Shown piece by piece: positions 26,254-40,257 of a DNA stretch of 64,000 nt. Source of the DNA: Proteromonas lacertae (Eukaryota); assembly GCA_002245135.1 (NCBI GenBank), contig NGBS01001161.1:186001-250000 (forward strand). The letters run 5' to 3'. The position numbers were made by a program, and so were the translations under genes. The notes below the pieces were generated by a model, which was not told the origin of the DNA, ran no database searches, and was given only the letters and a program-made list of their open reading frames with translations. Position 1 is the first letter of the stretch; each line of letters opens with the position of its first letter.

Positions 26254-28602
26254 ATGGCTTTACAGGGTTCTGTAGCTGCTTGTATCAAATCTGATATTCA
26301 ATTTGGAATTATATACACATTTTCTGTATAATTTACACTTATTGTATAGAATGATAATAATTCTTATATTGCTACTTCAATAAATGACGTAATAATTATC
26401 TGGAATTCAATTACTTTGGAAATGATACAAATATTAAAATGCCATTTATCACAAACATATTTATCAAAATATAATCTACCTAAAAATATATATACAGGGT
26501 ATAATATTAATATTACATTGTTTAGAAACAAATATCATCCAATAGATCCATTTAAGCGAAAAGAGAATCCAGATAGCTTAATATCTTACCATATCACATC
26601 AATTACTGTAGATAATTCACAGCAGTATCTGTTTGCAGGATGTAGCTATCCAGTAATAATAATTTACAGATTAGATAATGGTGAAGTTTATACTATTTTA
26701 AGAGGTCATAATGATAGTATTGAATCAATGTTAGTTTTTGATAAAATACTCTATTCATGTGGTGATGATTGCACATTTAGAAGTTGGAATTGGAAAGAAG
26801 GAAAACTAATATCTAATCCTCCAATTTTAACAATGAATTCTGCAATAAACAATTTAAGTTTTCATGAAGAAAAAAATGGAGTAATTAATCGAATTAATCT
26901 ATGTTGTAGTGATGGGAGTATTGTTCTATATGATATTGAAGGTGAAAGAGTGTTATTTGAATGTCAAGTATATTTACATTTATATATCATCTTTTTTTTT
27001 GTATAGTTTGTATGTTTTATATCCAATATTTTAACTTCTGGATCTACTTTGATTGTATCATCAACAAATGGAACTATTCCTGTTTTAAATTTACCTAATT
27101 TTTTACAGAAACAACATAATAACAATAATTGCAATAACATTAATAATAATGATGATTATAAAATATCTTGTAATGAGGTATTAACTTCATTATATGATGT
27201 ATAACTATAATAATTAAATAGTGTATTTATATAATTAATATAGGAGTTATCAATTGAAGAACAACAAGCTATAAACAATATGACCAAAACAAAGACAAAT
27301 ATTTTACAAGAAAGTATATTTATATTTAATGTTATATATCAAATAGATGAAGAATTAAAATCAACAAAATTACTATCATCAACTCCAATAACGTCCAATA
27401 AACCAGTTACTTTATACACATTGAATCATGAAAAGGATGTATCATTTATGGCTATTAATAGAAAGCGAGATATACTATTCACGTCTTCATTAGATTGTAC
27501 AATAAAAGTATGGTCATTGTTGTTAGGAAAATTGTTATATACTTTTGAATTACCAGAACCAGCAAATGGACTAGATATTATGTTAATTAATAGTGATAAA
27601 GAGGAGTATATATATATATGTTATGTTAATTTTATTGTAATTTTTATAGTACTGAATCATATTATATATATTGTACATGTAAGAATGCAATGATTATATT
27701 AAAAATTGAATTACCATCACAAATACTGAATTACAATTTTGATATTAAAAACAAATATTTTCTCTCTTTAGTAGATACAATTAGAACAGAAAATGAAATA
27801 AAGTTACCAAAATTACCTCAAATATCATTAAATGCAGGAATATCAACAAAAACTACAAATTCTTTATCTATAAGTGGTTTAGGCTCCAAAAAGTCACCCA
27901 GAAAAGAACAAGGAAATAAAACGAATATATCATTTATAAATCTTTATATTTTAGCATGCAATACAGATTTCGGATTAGAGTGTGTTACAAGTGTAATTAA
28001 CAATCCTCATGTTACTCAAAGAGAAATGTATATATATATTTAATATTGTTATTGTAATAATTTTAGACATTCTTTGTATTTATACTTGCAAGATAATCAG
28101 AAAGTGGATGATTTATCAAGAGATGTAATTTTGCCATCTATTTCAAAACATAATAAAAGAAGAGAATATGTAAGCCCACGATCAGAAAGATACAATTCCA
28201 ATGTATTACCTTCAATAGTACTATCTCGTATAATCCCCAATTTTTATTTAATATAATTGCATAGCAAGAAGAAGAAAGTTGGTAATATATGATGGTGAAG
28301 AAGAAGAAAATGATGATTTTTTATGTTATGGAAAGTCTATTGAACAAATAAAAGAAACCAAAAGAAAAATACATCCTCCAATAGTAGATGTAAAACCAAC
28401 ATTAAGAAAACCACCAATAAGAAGAACAATTCCTACAATTCCACACAAAACACAAAATTATAATTCTATTACAAATCATTATTCTTCCAATAGGATGAAG
28501 TATCTATATAGAAGACCGTTTCATTTATCATTAGCACCATTATTAGGAAGTTATGAAATTACTGATGTCAAAGGGCCAGAGATTCATAAATGTAAATTGT
28601 AA
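26254..28602 (+). CDS. WD40-repeat protein, ~8 introns
   Basis: LRGHNDSI...SCGDDCTFRSWN and HEKDV...TSSLDCTIKVWS. Confidence 0.75.
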
Positions 28603-28766
28603 ATTTATTTATTCTTCATATTGTTTTTTTTTGTATATATGGGTATTTAATATGTTATAGTAGTAGTATATATCCATAAAACAATAAATAATTGAAACTA
28701 CTCAATTTTGTGAAGATTAGCACTTTACACAGACATATATTATACTTTATAAAATAATTATAATAA

Positions 28767-30049
28767 TTAATAAATTACAGTATGTTTAGTACTAACAATT
28801 GGTAATTTAGTTTCAAAAGATTGAATATCTTCAATAGTCTGAGTTGATAATTGACTCCTCATTGTCTTTTCTTCTTTCAACTGTTTATCTATTTTACTTC
28901 TTTCTTGTTTGGCTTTAAATTCTTCTAATCCAGTGTAATCACCCCATTCTTTATTGGTTCTTCTATACGTTGAGCTGTACAGTGAAACAGTTGAAGGTCT
29001 TGCTACTTCTTTCTCTCTCCATAATGATTGTCTACTTCTTATACTATACACATATAATAATATATAATAATATATACTCTGCATATGATCTTGTAGTTAT
29101 TGATTTTCTTGCTGATACTCTTGACAATGAAGTAGTACCAGGTCTTAATATTGATTGAGTATGACTATGTTGTAAATATAATTCACGATTTGGATCAGTA
29201 AACCCATTTACTTTAAACAACGATGGTCTACGATCAAAGGCAGTAGGATTTTGTTTCAATGTTCTTTCATGAGCTGTACTTCTAAGATAATTATCTTTCA
29301 CTGCCTCTTTTGAACTATTTGCTACAATATCTTCTCTTTGACCTTCACCTCTAGCTAATATATGATTATAACTTAATTTATCTCTAAAACCAACGACATG
29401 TGATCGAGATTTACTTTGATAGGTTTGATATTGTTGAGTTAATGGATTATAAACTTTTACTTCTTTTGTTTCATAAGTTCCTGCTTGGTTTTGAAGAACA
29501 CCAAGATCATCTGGTTTTTGGAAGTTTGCATATGGATATTCTGCATGTTGATTTGGAACTACATCATTAAATGTAGAGAATGTTAAATCATTAACATGAT
29601 TTTCTATCATTCTTTTACTAAACTTGTAGGTTAGATCACCACATTTCTTTGATTCACCTCCAGCTGACAAACCTGGAAATTTCTTTTTACGTGCGACCAT
29701 CTATAATACAATAATTATTATGCAAAAAATGTACATCAATCGGATTTGTGAATTCTGGTTCAATTTCAGCTTGTTCCAAGTAGAGTTTGTAACAGTCTGG
29801 CAGTTTTACAGGAGAAGGTTTAGGAAAAGGCAAGTTCCCTCCCCATTTTCTTTCTGGAATCTGTCTGATGCAAGGCACAAATTTCTTTTATTTTAGTAGA
29901 AAATATAAAAATAATACAAGTTCTTCTTTATTCTCTTTAAATGGACCTTTATCTTTGTAATGTCTCAAATGAGAGAAATTAAACTACAGTCATATAGATC
30001 AGGAATATACTTCTTTGGTTTTATCGCCACTAAGCCAATTTAATGCCAT
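28767..30049 (-). CDS. Hypothetical protein, ~4 introns
   Basis: ORFs 29687, 29044 and 28767 join via GT-AG introns; no family recognised. Confidence 0.6.
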
Positions 30050-30118
30050 TATTAATATATATCAAAGAAAACGCCAAATATCAAGCTCGATAAAAAGCTT
30101 GATTCTCATTTTTAAAAA

Positions 30119-30793
30119 ATGCTTCAATCTCCTGAATTAATTCCTCCATTGAGATTTGGTACAGTTGAAACTAATTTATACAGAGGAGCTTATCCAACTT
30201 TGAAAAATTTCAGATTTCTTAGAAGGTATTATACTCTTTTGTTTATTAATAGACTAAAACTTACATGTATAGTGTCATTAATAGAAAATGATCCAAGTGC
30301 AGATTTAATTCAGTTTTGTTCATGTGAAAGAATAAATATAAACCATATTAATGTCACATTTATAAAAGATGAAATTGCTTTTACCTCAAAAACAATGACA
30401 CAGATTTTAGAATTGATCAGCGATCCTGCTAATTTGCCTTTATACCTTCACTGTGAAGATGGTACACATATTACAGGATTAGTAATTATGTGCTTAAGAA
30501 GGCTTCAAGGCTGGACATCTGAGAGTTATATTAGTGAGTATTTGAGATATGTGCCTTCAAGAAAGATAGAAGAGTTTGAAAAATCATTTCTAAAGTCATA
30601 CACAGGTCCAATTAATGTTCCAGAGAAATATCCTTCTTGGTTAGCTGATAGTGATGCTGATTTATTGTCTAGACCAATCAGTGTAAAGTTACCACAGAAA
30701 AATCTACCTCCACCTGCTGTGTTAGGATCTTCAACAAACGCATCAGATGAAACTGAATCTAGAACCCTCAAAGCCTTAACATTAGTTGAATAA
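30119..30793 (+). CDS. OCA6: OCA6-like (Siw14/PFA-DSP family) pseudo-phosphatase; one in-frame 27-nt intron
   Basis: LIPPLRFGTVE.NLYRGAYP..KNFRFL, PLYLHCEDGTHITGLV (no CX5R Arg), LRRLQGW, C-terminal SRTLKAL. Confidence 0.8.
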   Translation: MLQSPELIPPLRFGTVETNLYRGAYPTLKNFRFLRRYYTLLFINRLKLTCIVSLIENDPSADLIQFCSCERININHINVTFIKDEIAFTSKTMTQILELISDPANLPLYLHCEDGTHITGLVIMCLRRLQGWTSESYISEYLRYVPSRKIEEFEKSFLKSYTGPINVPEKYPSWLADSDADLLSRPISVKLPQKNLPPPAVLGSSTNASDETESRTLKALTLVE

Positions 30794-30939
30794 TATTTAT
30801 TTATTGACTTTGTAATTTAGAAAATGTTGTTATAAAAATTAACAGAAATAATACAATAATACAGGTGTATTGAGTATTATTTCTCATTTATCGTTTTGTT
30901 TTTTAATCTTCAAAAGAAGTTTTATTTTCAATATACAAT

Positions 30940-32004
30940 ATGGCAGAAGACGAAATTAAAGCATTAAAAGAAGAAGCTGAGAATCTTAAAGCTGAAATTA
31001 ATGACTTAAGAGATCAAAAGTTAGATGGTGGTATGGAAGAAGCCAGTAGTGGTAAAGAAGGTTCAATGAAGCAGTTTGTTCCACAGCCAAAGATGAGAAG
31101 ACTTTTAAAAGGACATTTTGGTAAAGTTTATGCAATCAACTGGGCTGACAAATTTGAAACCCACAACGATGATCATGTCCTTATTAGTGCATCTCAAGAT
31201 GGTAAACTTATAGTATGGGACGGTTATACAACCAATAAGCTGAATGTTATTCCTTTAAGATCCTCCTGGGTTATGACTTGTGCATTCGAACAAACAGCTG
31301 GTAAATTCGTAGCTTGTGGTGGTTTAGATAATTTATGTTCAATATACGATGCTACTCAAAGAGAAGCTGGAAGACCAGTAAAAGAATTAGCTTCCCATGA
31401 AGGTTATTTATCATCTTGTCAATTTTTCGATGAGAAGAACATCCTTACAGCAAGTGGTGATTCTACAATTATTTATTGGGATATAGAAACAGGAGATGCA
31501 AAGACACATTTCAATGATCATGGTGGTGATGTTATGAGTATATCTATAAATCCAAAAGATCCAAACTCCTTTGTTTCTGGATCATGTGATGCTACAGCTA
31601 AAATATGGGATATAAGAACTGGTAATTGTGTACAAACATTTGCTGGACATGAATCAGATATTAATGAAGTTGCTTTCTTACCCAATGGTTTTTCATTTTC
31701 TAGTGGATCTGATGATTCAACCTGCAGATTGTTTGATACAAGATGTTATTCAGAAATTAACACATTTGGTTCAGATCGTATATTATGTGGTATTACATCA
31801 GTTGCTGTTTCAAAATCAGGTCGTTTACTATTCGCTGGCTATGATGATTACAACTGTTATGTTTGGGATACTTTAAGTGGTAAAAGTCAATCCGTTTGGC
31901 AAATTCAAGGTCATGAGAATCGTGTTAGTTGTGTTGGTGTGAATAAGACTGGTAATGCTTTCTGTACTGGTTCTTGGGATACATTCTTAAAGGTTTGGGC
32001 ATAG
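30940..32004 (+). CDS. GNB1: Heterotrimeric G-protein beta subunit, intronless
   Basis: [66 protein letters not shown]. Confidence 0.95.
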   Translation: MAEDEIKALKEEAENLKAEINDLRDQKLDGGMEEASSGKEGSMKQFVPQPKMRRLLKGHFGKVYAINWADKFETHNDDHVLISASQDGKLIVWDGYTTNKLNVIPLRSSWVMTCAFEQTAGKFVACGGLDNLCSIYDATQREAGRPVKELASHEGYLSSCQFFDEKNILTASGDSTIIYWDIETGDAKTHFNDHGGDVMSISINPKDPNSFVSGSCDATAKIWDIRTGNCVQTFAGHESDINEVAFLPNGFSFSSGSDDSTCRLFDTRCYSEINTFGSDRILCGITSVAVSKSGRLLFAGYDDYNCYVWDTLSGKSQSVWQIQGHENRVSCVGVNKTGNAFCTGSWDTFLKVWA

Positions 32005-32163
32005 AAAACATAAATAATAGTGATAATTAAAACATAGTCATAAAATAATTAATAAAAAACCAAATGTATTATTATTATTATTATTATTAATTCTTTATAT
32101 ATTATTATATTATTATGATTGTGTTTTGTTTTGAGGTGTATTTTGAGTGAATTGAAAAAGATT

Positions 32164-34458
32164 CTAATATTTTTTCCATTCAGATGGCTTTGTATATACT
32201 CTTAGGCATGAATTTGATGAAAATAAATATCTCAACAATCCGTCTGTCACTTTGTAACAACCACTGTAATTCAAATGACATAAAGTAGTTCCACCCAGCT
32301 ATATGCCATTAAAATGATATATAAATATATACATGCATCAAACCTTTGTCAGTGATATTATAACATCCATATATACATATATCTAAAATTGATTTACAAT
32401 AAGCATCTTCAATTCTAGATAAAGATTTATCAGAGATGTTTGAGCAATTTGAAAGTGACAGATATTTTAGCTTAAATTTTCCATTGCACATACAATCTAT
32501 ACCTTTATCTGTTATTGATGTTAAATTAATGTTCAGTGAATCAAGTACAGACATGGTTTCTGATATTGATTTTAACACTTCATCATCACATCTATTTTAA
32601 ACATATAATAAATGAAGATATAAAAAAGAAAAATATATACAATTCTAAACCTGATAAGTCCAATTCCACAACATTTTTTGAATATAATATACATTTACAT
32701 ACACTATTACTTGATAAAAATCTATTTCCTCTTAGCTAAATACATACATAAATAGAAAAATGAAATATACAATTAATGAAGTAAGATATTCACCATTTAT
32801 TCTAGCCCATTTCTCCATCAACTCTTAAAATATCCAATTAAAAACACTATTCGTTATTTGTAGTAGGAATTAATCAAAAAAGATATATTTAACAAATCAA
32901 TACCACCATATAAACTGAACAAACATAAATCCTCACTTTTTGGATAAGGTGTTTCATCCATTATTGATTCTAATAGTTTAAGATATGTATCTACATATTG
33001 AGAAGAAATGTCAGCAATCATTTCTTCACTATTTTCATTATCAAAATAATTATCAACATCTTTATACGGCTGAGACCATCTACAGATATAAGGCTCCCAT
33101 CTAATACGATTTATTATTCTAATTATACTTTTGATATTTCAGAATATCTTCTGATTCTTCTAAATACAGTTCTTTACGTTTAATAAGAGATAGAATACCA
33201 ATTCTAATTATTGGTTCTCTTATTGTATCATAACATTTAACTGTTATTTATATAAATAATAAAATAATAATAAAATACGAGGTAATAGACATGATAAACA
33301 TTCATAAAACAGTTTCAGATCATTTATCACATCCAACAACTGTAATTGATATTGCAAATCATAATTCACAAATTTAGAAGAAGTTAGAAGCGGAACGAAC
33401 AATGAGAGTAAATGTGTAACAATCATATCAAGTTGTAAATAGTCTGCACACTAATCAAACAAATAATAATAATAATGATTTATACAAAAATCAAATCCCA
33501 TAAAAATGGTGAATCAATCTCTTCATCTGTCAAATACTTAGATTGAGATAAATTTAATTTCTGCTGAACATCTTTCATATAATTTACTAATATATTCATA
33601 ACTTTAGCTGGTATTGTTGGGAAATATATTGTATTTGGATATAATGGTTCTTCAATTGGCTTTGATTCTTCAATTGGTGATTCAACAGGTGATGATGATG
33701 ATGATGATTGAGGTAATTCATTTGGAATATCTTCATTTTCAACTGACGGGGGTGGAGGAATACTTTCATTCTTTTCACCATCACTATTATTACTATCTTC
33801 AACATCTTCCTTTTCATTATTACTGTCATTATTTACATCTTTATGTGTATCTTTATCATTTGTAATTGTTTCATCTTCTGTTTTCTTATTTAATACAGGT
33901 TCTGGTAGAATGATATTAGCTTCACTTGTATCAATTGGAGGTAATGGTAATACTTCTACTTTTTCATTTGATTTATCTTTTGGAGTGGTTTGTATTTTGT
34001 TCTTCTGTTTAATTGTTTTACCACTATAATTTTCTGATTTTGCTTTTGCTATTGGTTTCGTTGCTATTATTGTTTTTGAGATAACTCTTTTTGAACTTGT
34101 ATTTACTAACTTCTTATCAGATACTTTGGGTTTCTATATCATTACAACATTAACAAGTATTAATACCGTTTTTAGTTGACCTTCATTATATATTGATGAA
34201 TTAGGAAGTATTTTTGATTTAGCTAGTTTTGTTTTTGACTATACTATTAAATTAAGTAATTTATACAACTGAGTATGTTGTTTTACTTTTAGTTGTTTTA
34301 TTTGATTTTTTAATAGCTATTTATAAGAATATTCAAACAATATTATACGATTATATCTCAATTGTTTGTGTAATGGAGTTGTAGGTAGTATATCTACTGT
34401 AGATTGTGACAGCTTTCTAATGAAATACAAATTACTTAAATAAATACTCTAAACTCAT
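32164..34458 (-). CDS. Protein with C-terminal cysteine-containing (FBXL/AMN1-type) LRRs, ~10 introns including one U12-type
   Basis: LSLSNCSNISDKSL, IYGCYNITDKGL, LNYSGCYKVTDGLL; N-terminal low-complexity K/P/E region; start uncertain. Confidence 0.7.
32825..32886 (-). other. U12-type (minor) intron, AT-AA (or AT-AG 3 nt further), 62 nt
   Basis: Minus strand: 5' ATATCTTTTTT; branch GTTTTTAAT; 3' ...TTTTAA. Joins GGIDLLN-ELMEKWAR. Confidence 0.72.
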
Positions 34459-34875
34459 CTATATGAAGATATCAACTGTTACTTCCAATTATATTAAATT
34501 TATAGATTCAGCGTCAAATTTATGACAGAAATCAAACAAATACAAATTATCATAGTAAAAAAACAGGCTCTTTATTAGATTATTCAAATTTCTTTATTTT
34601 TCAAAAATATTTAAAATTTCATATCTTGGACTGAATAAGCCCAAATAAAAATGTTATTTATACTTCAAAATATTTGTTTTACCTAATTTCATAAATCGGT
34701 TATTGTTTTTCAATTTCATTTTCTATTCATATCTAAAATGCATTTCACCACATCTTACTTCACTAATTCAGTATGATTTTATCTTTCATTTTAACCAATA
34801 AAATTCAAACGTGTGTATGAAAAAATACCCCATAATTTTTTGTTGGCATTTTTGATTTTTATTCATTCTTGCATA

Positions 34876-35656
34876 ATGAAAGCTTCATATATCGTGCTTC
34901 TTGCTGTAATTGCATTAGCAATTGCTGAGGATAGTCCTGAAACAAAGATGGAGGGTGTTCAAGATTTAACAAACGAGAATTTCGATGAAGTTGTAGACGG
35001 ATCTAAATTCGCTTTAGTTGAATTCTATGCTCCATGGTGTGGTCATTGCAAACACTTAGCACCAGAGTACAACTTTCTTTATTCATTTTTTTGTATAGTT
35101 ACAAGAAATTAGGCAAAGCCATTGCTGATGATCCAATTTTATCATCAAAGGTATTTTATTATTGCATTATAATGGATAATAGGTTGTTATTGCTAAAGTT
35201 AATGCTGATAGTGATAGAAAATTGGGAGAAAGATTCGGAATTTCTGGTTTCCCAACACTTAAATACTTTTCAAGAGGACAATCAGAAGCTAAAGACTACA
35301 ATTCAGGAAGAAGTTTCAAAGATTTATTAGAATTTGTAAAGAAACAAGTTGAAAATGACAATATTGGTCGTTTAGACGATTTTGATGATATTGTAAAGAG
35401 ATTTAAGGATGGAAGTAAAGAATCAGCAATTAAAGAAGCTGAAGAAGCTATTGCTAATGTAAAAGAAGAAGAAACTGATTTTGCTAAATATTACATCACA
35501 GTCATGAAGAGAATAGTAGAAAAAGGAGATGATTATGCAAAGAACGAAAAAGAAAGAATTGGAAGAATGCTTAAGACAAAGAGCATTAAGAAGGATAAAG
35601 TATCAACATTTGTTGCTAGACAAAACATCTTAGGAGCTTTCAGTGATGAAGAATAA
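34876..35656 (+). CDS. Protein disulfide-isomerase, single thioredoxin domain plus ERp29-type C-terminal domain, 2 introns
   Basis: Signal peptide, [33 protein letters not shown]...E..R...RQNILGAF. Confidence 0.9.
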
Positions 35657-35741
35657 ATCAAACATTTGCATTTTTCTTATTTTATGTGTATGTTGAATAA
35701 ATAAACAAAAAATTAAAACATAACGACAAGACACAAACGTA

Positions 35742-37354
35742 TTAAGTTTTTCTAACATCATTGCTGTGATATACTTTTACTCCAGTAAATTCTTCAATTA
35801 AGTAATGTGCTATTCTAGACTGCATTATTTTCACATGAGATCTTTTTGCAGTAATCATCATATTCTTTGGTATTTTTACATCTAATGCTAAAATTGTAGA
35901 ATTTGTTTGTAAAGCGTAAGTAATATCACTTGTTCTAACTTCACCAATTCCAGCTTTAACAACATTAACATCGCATTTCTGTAAATTATCAACTAATGAA
36001 GCTAATGATGCAGTAGAATCTGCTTTTACAACACATGATTTAATGTTAGATTCCATTCCAGTAACATTCATTTCTTCATTATCATTATTACTGATATTGT
36101 CACCATCTTGTACTTCATTTTCATCATTAATAATTCTTCCATTAAATTCTAATTCTAATAATCTTTGCTCAAGTATTTCATCAACAATACTTTTTGGTCT
36201 ACAGAATAAAGTATCTCCTAATGGAGGAATTGAAGATCTCAATGACTTATCAGGTCTTTTTAGCCCGCCAATATCAATAACATCACCAGGAACAGCATGT
36301 TCAACACTCTTATTATCCATATTAGTTATTTGTTTTATTTTACCTGTTCTATATCCACAAATAAATGTATCATTTAAGTTCAAAGTTCCTCTTCTTATTA
36401 ATACTCTTAGTACAATGCCCATTCCTTTTGAATAGTAACTTTCTAATACTGTTCCTTCAGCTAAACCATTAAAATAGCCAAGAGGTTTTATTCTATATTT
36501 TATCATTTTTTCCACTTCATTTAATAATGGTTTTAATGTAGGTTTTAATAATGCACATATTTCTACAATTGGTGCATTTTTTAAATTGTATTGATATAAT
36601 TGACTTTTAATATACTCTTTCACATTTGGTAAAGCTAAATCCATTTTATTCAAAGCTATAACACAAGGCAATCTATATTCATTTATATATTGAAAAATAT
36701 CTTTAGTTTGATTAGAAACAATCCCTTCATTAGCAGCTATAACAAGAATCACTCCATCAGCCATTGAACTACTATTATCTCTCATTCTAAAGAAATGTGG
36801 GTGCCCTGGTGTATCTAATAATGTAAAGTGGTGAGAATCTTCATCATAATTTACTGCATATATTTTTTGTGTTATTTTCCCAATCTCTTTATCAGCGATT
36901 GAACTGCCTCTTAGTGTATCACAGAGTGTTGTTTTACCATGATCTATTTGTCCCATTACAACAAGAACTGGTCTTCTTGGTTTAAGTGTTGAAATATCAT
37001 CATTTGGTAATGGTTCTTCTTCTGGATCAATTGTTGTGTATTGGATTGGTATATTGTTTTCTTTTGCAAATTTTTCTACTATGTAATATGGTAATATAAT
37101 TTTATGAATGTTTTCAAATTTGTATAGTTTATTCTCTTCATCCTTAAAAATGAAAAATTATGAAAATATACAGTGATATAATAATTTGTATCATCTCTTT
37201 GGCACATTGCTGATGCTACATGATTTGGTTGTAAATATAACATTTTTGAAAAATCTGAAAGTCTAATGTATTTAGGAATAGAAATTGGCTTTTTAATATC
37301 ATATGTAATAGAACGAATTAATGAAAGTCTGGAAAATTGTCTAAAAAAATTCAT
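35742..37354 (-). CDS. Organellar (mitochondrial/MRO) translation initiation factor 2-like GTPase, C-terminally short; 1 intron
   Basis: Presequence-like MNFFRQFSRLSLIRS; PRRPVL.VMGQIDHGKTTL, ITQKI, DTPGH, NKMD, GTL..D, KAD..SL..L, GIGEV..SDI. Confidence 0.8.
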
Positions 37355-37435
37355 TATATAATGAGAAAAATGAGAATTAAAAAAATAGAAAGAGGAAGTT
37401 AGCAGATCGTGATCTAACATTATTTTTTTAAAAAT

Positions 37436-38328
37436 ATGTCAACAGAAGAAATAAACAGCACAGTGAAACTACTTAGCAATCACATGGTGAAAGTGAAACT
37501 AGAATATGAAGGTATTTGTTTCATTATCTTATTGATATTGTTAGAACAAATATATGAATTAAAGACTCAAATAAAGTTGCTCCAAAAAGAAAAGGATCAA
37601 TTTTCTGCAAAAGAACAAGAATTATACGATGAAATACAATCTCTAAAATACCAAATTTCAAATCTAAAACACGAATCAACAGTGAAATCAAGAATTGATG
37701 AACGAAACGAATGGAAAGCATTAGTAGATGCGGTAAACGCTGATAGAACCAGATTACAAAATGAAGTTGATTCATTGAGAGTAGAAATAGATAAGAAGGA
37801 CAAAATAATAGCAAGGTTTAGAGCTCAAACTGATCCAGAAATGAGAGTGAATGTATACATCTATCAAAAGTTTATATAGTTGAATAGACAACTCAAGAAA
37901 TTGAAGATGTCACACCTGGAGTGAAAGAAGATTTGACTCAATATGATAATCTAGATAAAGAGCAATTGAAAACAGAGATTTTCACATTAAAAGAAGAAAA
38001 GAAATTGTTAAGACAACAATTAGATGAATTTAGGTTGAAACACATAGATGAAATGGAAGTATAATATAATAATTGCTTATTTTATTATTAATAGAAGCAA
38101 AGACAACAATCATGGGATCAAATAGAAGGATTGAAAGTAAAATTAGATAAAGAGTTGGAAAAGAAGTGGAATTACCAACAGAAAATAAAATATTTGAGAA
38201 ATAAATATGGTGGTACAATATTATCGTTGTTTTCATCACTTTCCCCACATATTATACTCGATGAGCTTGATCCTAGTGTAACTCCTTATTTAAGTAATAA
38301 AGATGATGATAATTTTGTTAGTCTATAG
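37436..38328 (+). CDS. Coiled-coil protein, 3 introns
   Basis: Heptad-rich frame (ERNEWKALVDAVNADRTRLQNE) joined through GT-AG introns. Confidence 0.65.
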
Positions 38329-38476
38329 TGTTTTTTAACAATTTATGTTAATTTTGTGTTGTTGTTGTTTTTATTATCTAAATACTTTCACTCAAAATAC
38401 TAAATGAAATAATATCAATTGTCATATATATTTAAACATAAATAATAAAAATGCCTTATCCTTATTATATATTGAA

Positions 38477-40091
38477 TTAAATCGGACTAACAGGAACAAC
38501 TGTACCTTCTTCTTTTATACCATTTGGAGATTCTTTATCCGTCTTATCATCATTGATCACTTTATCACTACTATTTTTCTCATCTTTCTTAGTATCTGAA
38601 CCTCTATTTGGTCTTTGAGCATTACTCAATTCATCTTCCCATACTTGAGCAACTCTTTTACCTCTCTCTAATTTAACAAATAACAAGATAAACAATCCAA
38701 TTGGAAAAGTTCCACAGAAGATACAAGCAGCAGTTCTTCCATCTGTAGCATCAGATATTGGTCCATAAACAGTAGAAATAATAGAAGCTAAATTAACAAA
38801 CATTTCCCATAAACTAAATATTTCACCAGATAGATCTTTGGGTGATAACAATGTCAACATTGATCTAGAACATGATTGGGATGGTCCCATAGCTACTCCA
38901 ACAATAGGGCAAATACAAATAAAGAAAGTTTTTACATTCCCAATTTAATGCTTCACATAATTCTATAGCAGAAACAGCTAATATTAAACCAACTGTCCAT
39001 ATCACTAAAGTTATAATAATAACAATCTTTGGACCTAAATAATTCTCAATATAACCAAACAATACACAACCTACAGCTGCAGTTATTTGAATAATGACAA
39101 ACATTGTCGCAATTTGTCCTGATGATAAGTCAATTGTATCACTTGCATAAATGGACATAAAACTGACAATGCCTTGAACGCCAATCATATAGATTAAGAA
39201 AGCTAAAAAGAATAATCTCAAATCTTGTTTCCTCATTACAACTTTCAATGTATTCCATAACTGCTTAAATGTATCTTTTAAATCTTCCCATACCTTTGTA
39301 ATTAATTTTGTATTTTTCAATTCAACGGAATCATAGATGGTTATTGTGTTTTTGGATGGAACTTTCCATAAACCATATATAACTGGAATACCAGATATTA
39401 AACAGAATAAACCACAGAGTAACATTGATAGAGATACACTATCAGCATAACCAGCATCACCTTCACTTTTCATTACCCCAAATGTTAATATTCCCAAGCC
39501 GATTGTTCCACCAACATATCCAATTCCCCAACCTATACCACTTACAAAGCCTGAATATTTTCTATCTGTTACACAATCTGGTAGGAACATAGCACATACT
39601 CCTTCATTGGTATTATAAGCTATACGACCTAAAATTAACAACACTAAGGCCAACACTGTATGATTATGTTCTGAATACGGTCGTACGAAGAATAACAAAG
39701 CTGAAAATATTGAATACCCCACTATATTTGCTCCTACCCATGCTAATTTATGACCTTTTAAATCAATTATTGAACCAATAACAGGTGTAACTAGTATTGA
39801 AAATATTGTAGGTACAATATTTGCAACAGACCATAGAGAGGCAGCTACACCTGATTTTGCAACATAATCGACAAAATATGGTGCATAAATAGCAGATACA
39901 ATAACTGTGATATAAATTGAATTGGAAAAATCATTAAAAGACCATCCCAAAGTTTCTCGCCACTTCACTTTGTGATACCATTTATCTTTAGATGTATTCT
40001 CTGGGGATTCTATTTCTATTGACATAGGTGCGACTTTTGTCACGCTTTTATTTTCTTTCAGTTCTACAGTGCTAGGTTGGCTTTCGGACAT
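38477..40091 (-). CDS. MFS transporter, UMF1/Atg22-like, intronless; +1 frameshift at the T-run 38929-38933
   Basis: W.FNDFSNSIY.T...Y..YF, P.IGSIID.KG.K, VSGIGWGIGYVGG, GP.QS.SRS; ~12 TM segments once one base is removed. Confidence 0.85.
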
Positions 40092-40257
40092 CTAAATCTG
40101 AATGATTCAAAGATGGTAAAACGAACATAAAAGCTTGGTTTGTGCTTATCTTGATTGTTTTTTAATTCCCTCCTTTATAAAAGAACATTTATTTATTATT
40201 ACTTTTTTCAAATTGGTTTGGAAAATCATATTAATATTAGAAAATATACAAAATGGT

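Noticed and set aside
27199..27243. Two tiny introns around a 1-nt microexon
   Set aside because: A single 45-nt GT-AG intron keeps the frame; including the extra base breaks it.
27925..27954. Possible 30-nt AT-AG intron ATATATCATTT...TTTTAG in the WD40 gene
   Set aside because: Frame is open with or without it; the donor does not match ATATCY-pyrimidine and there is no TTAAY branch.
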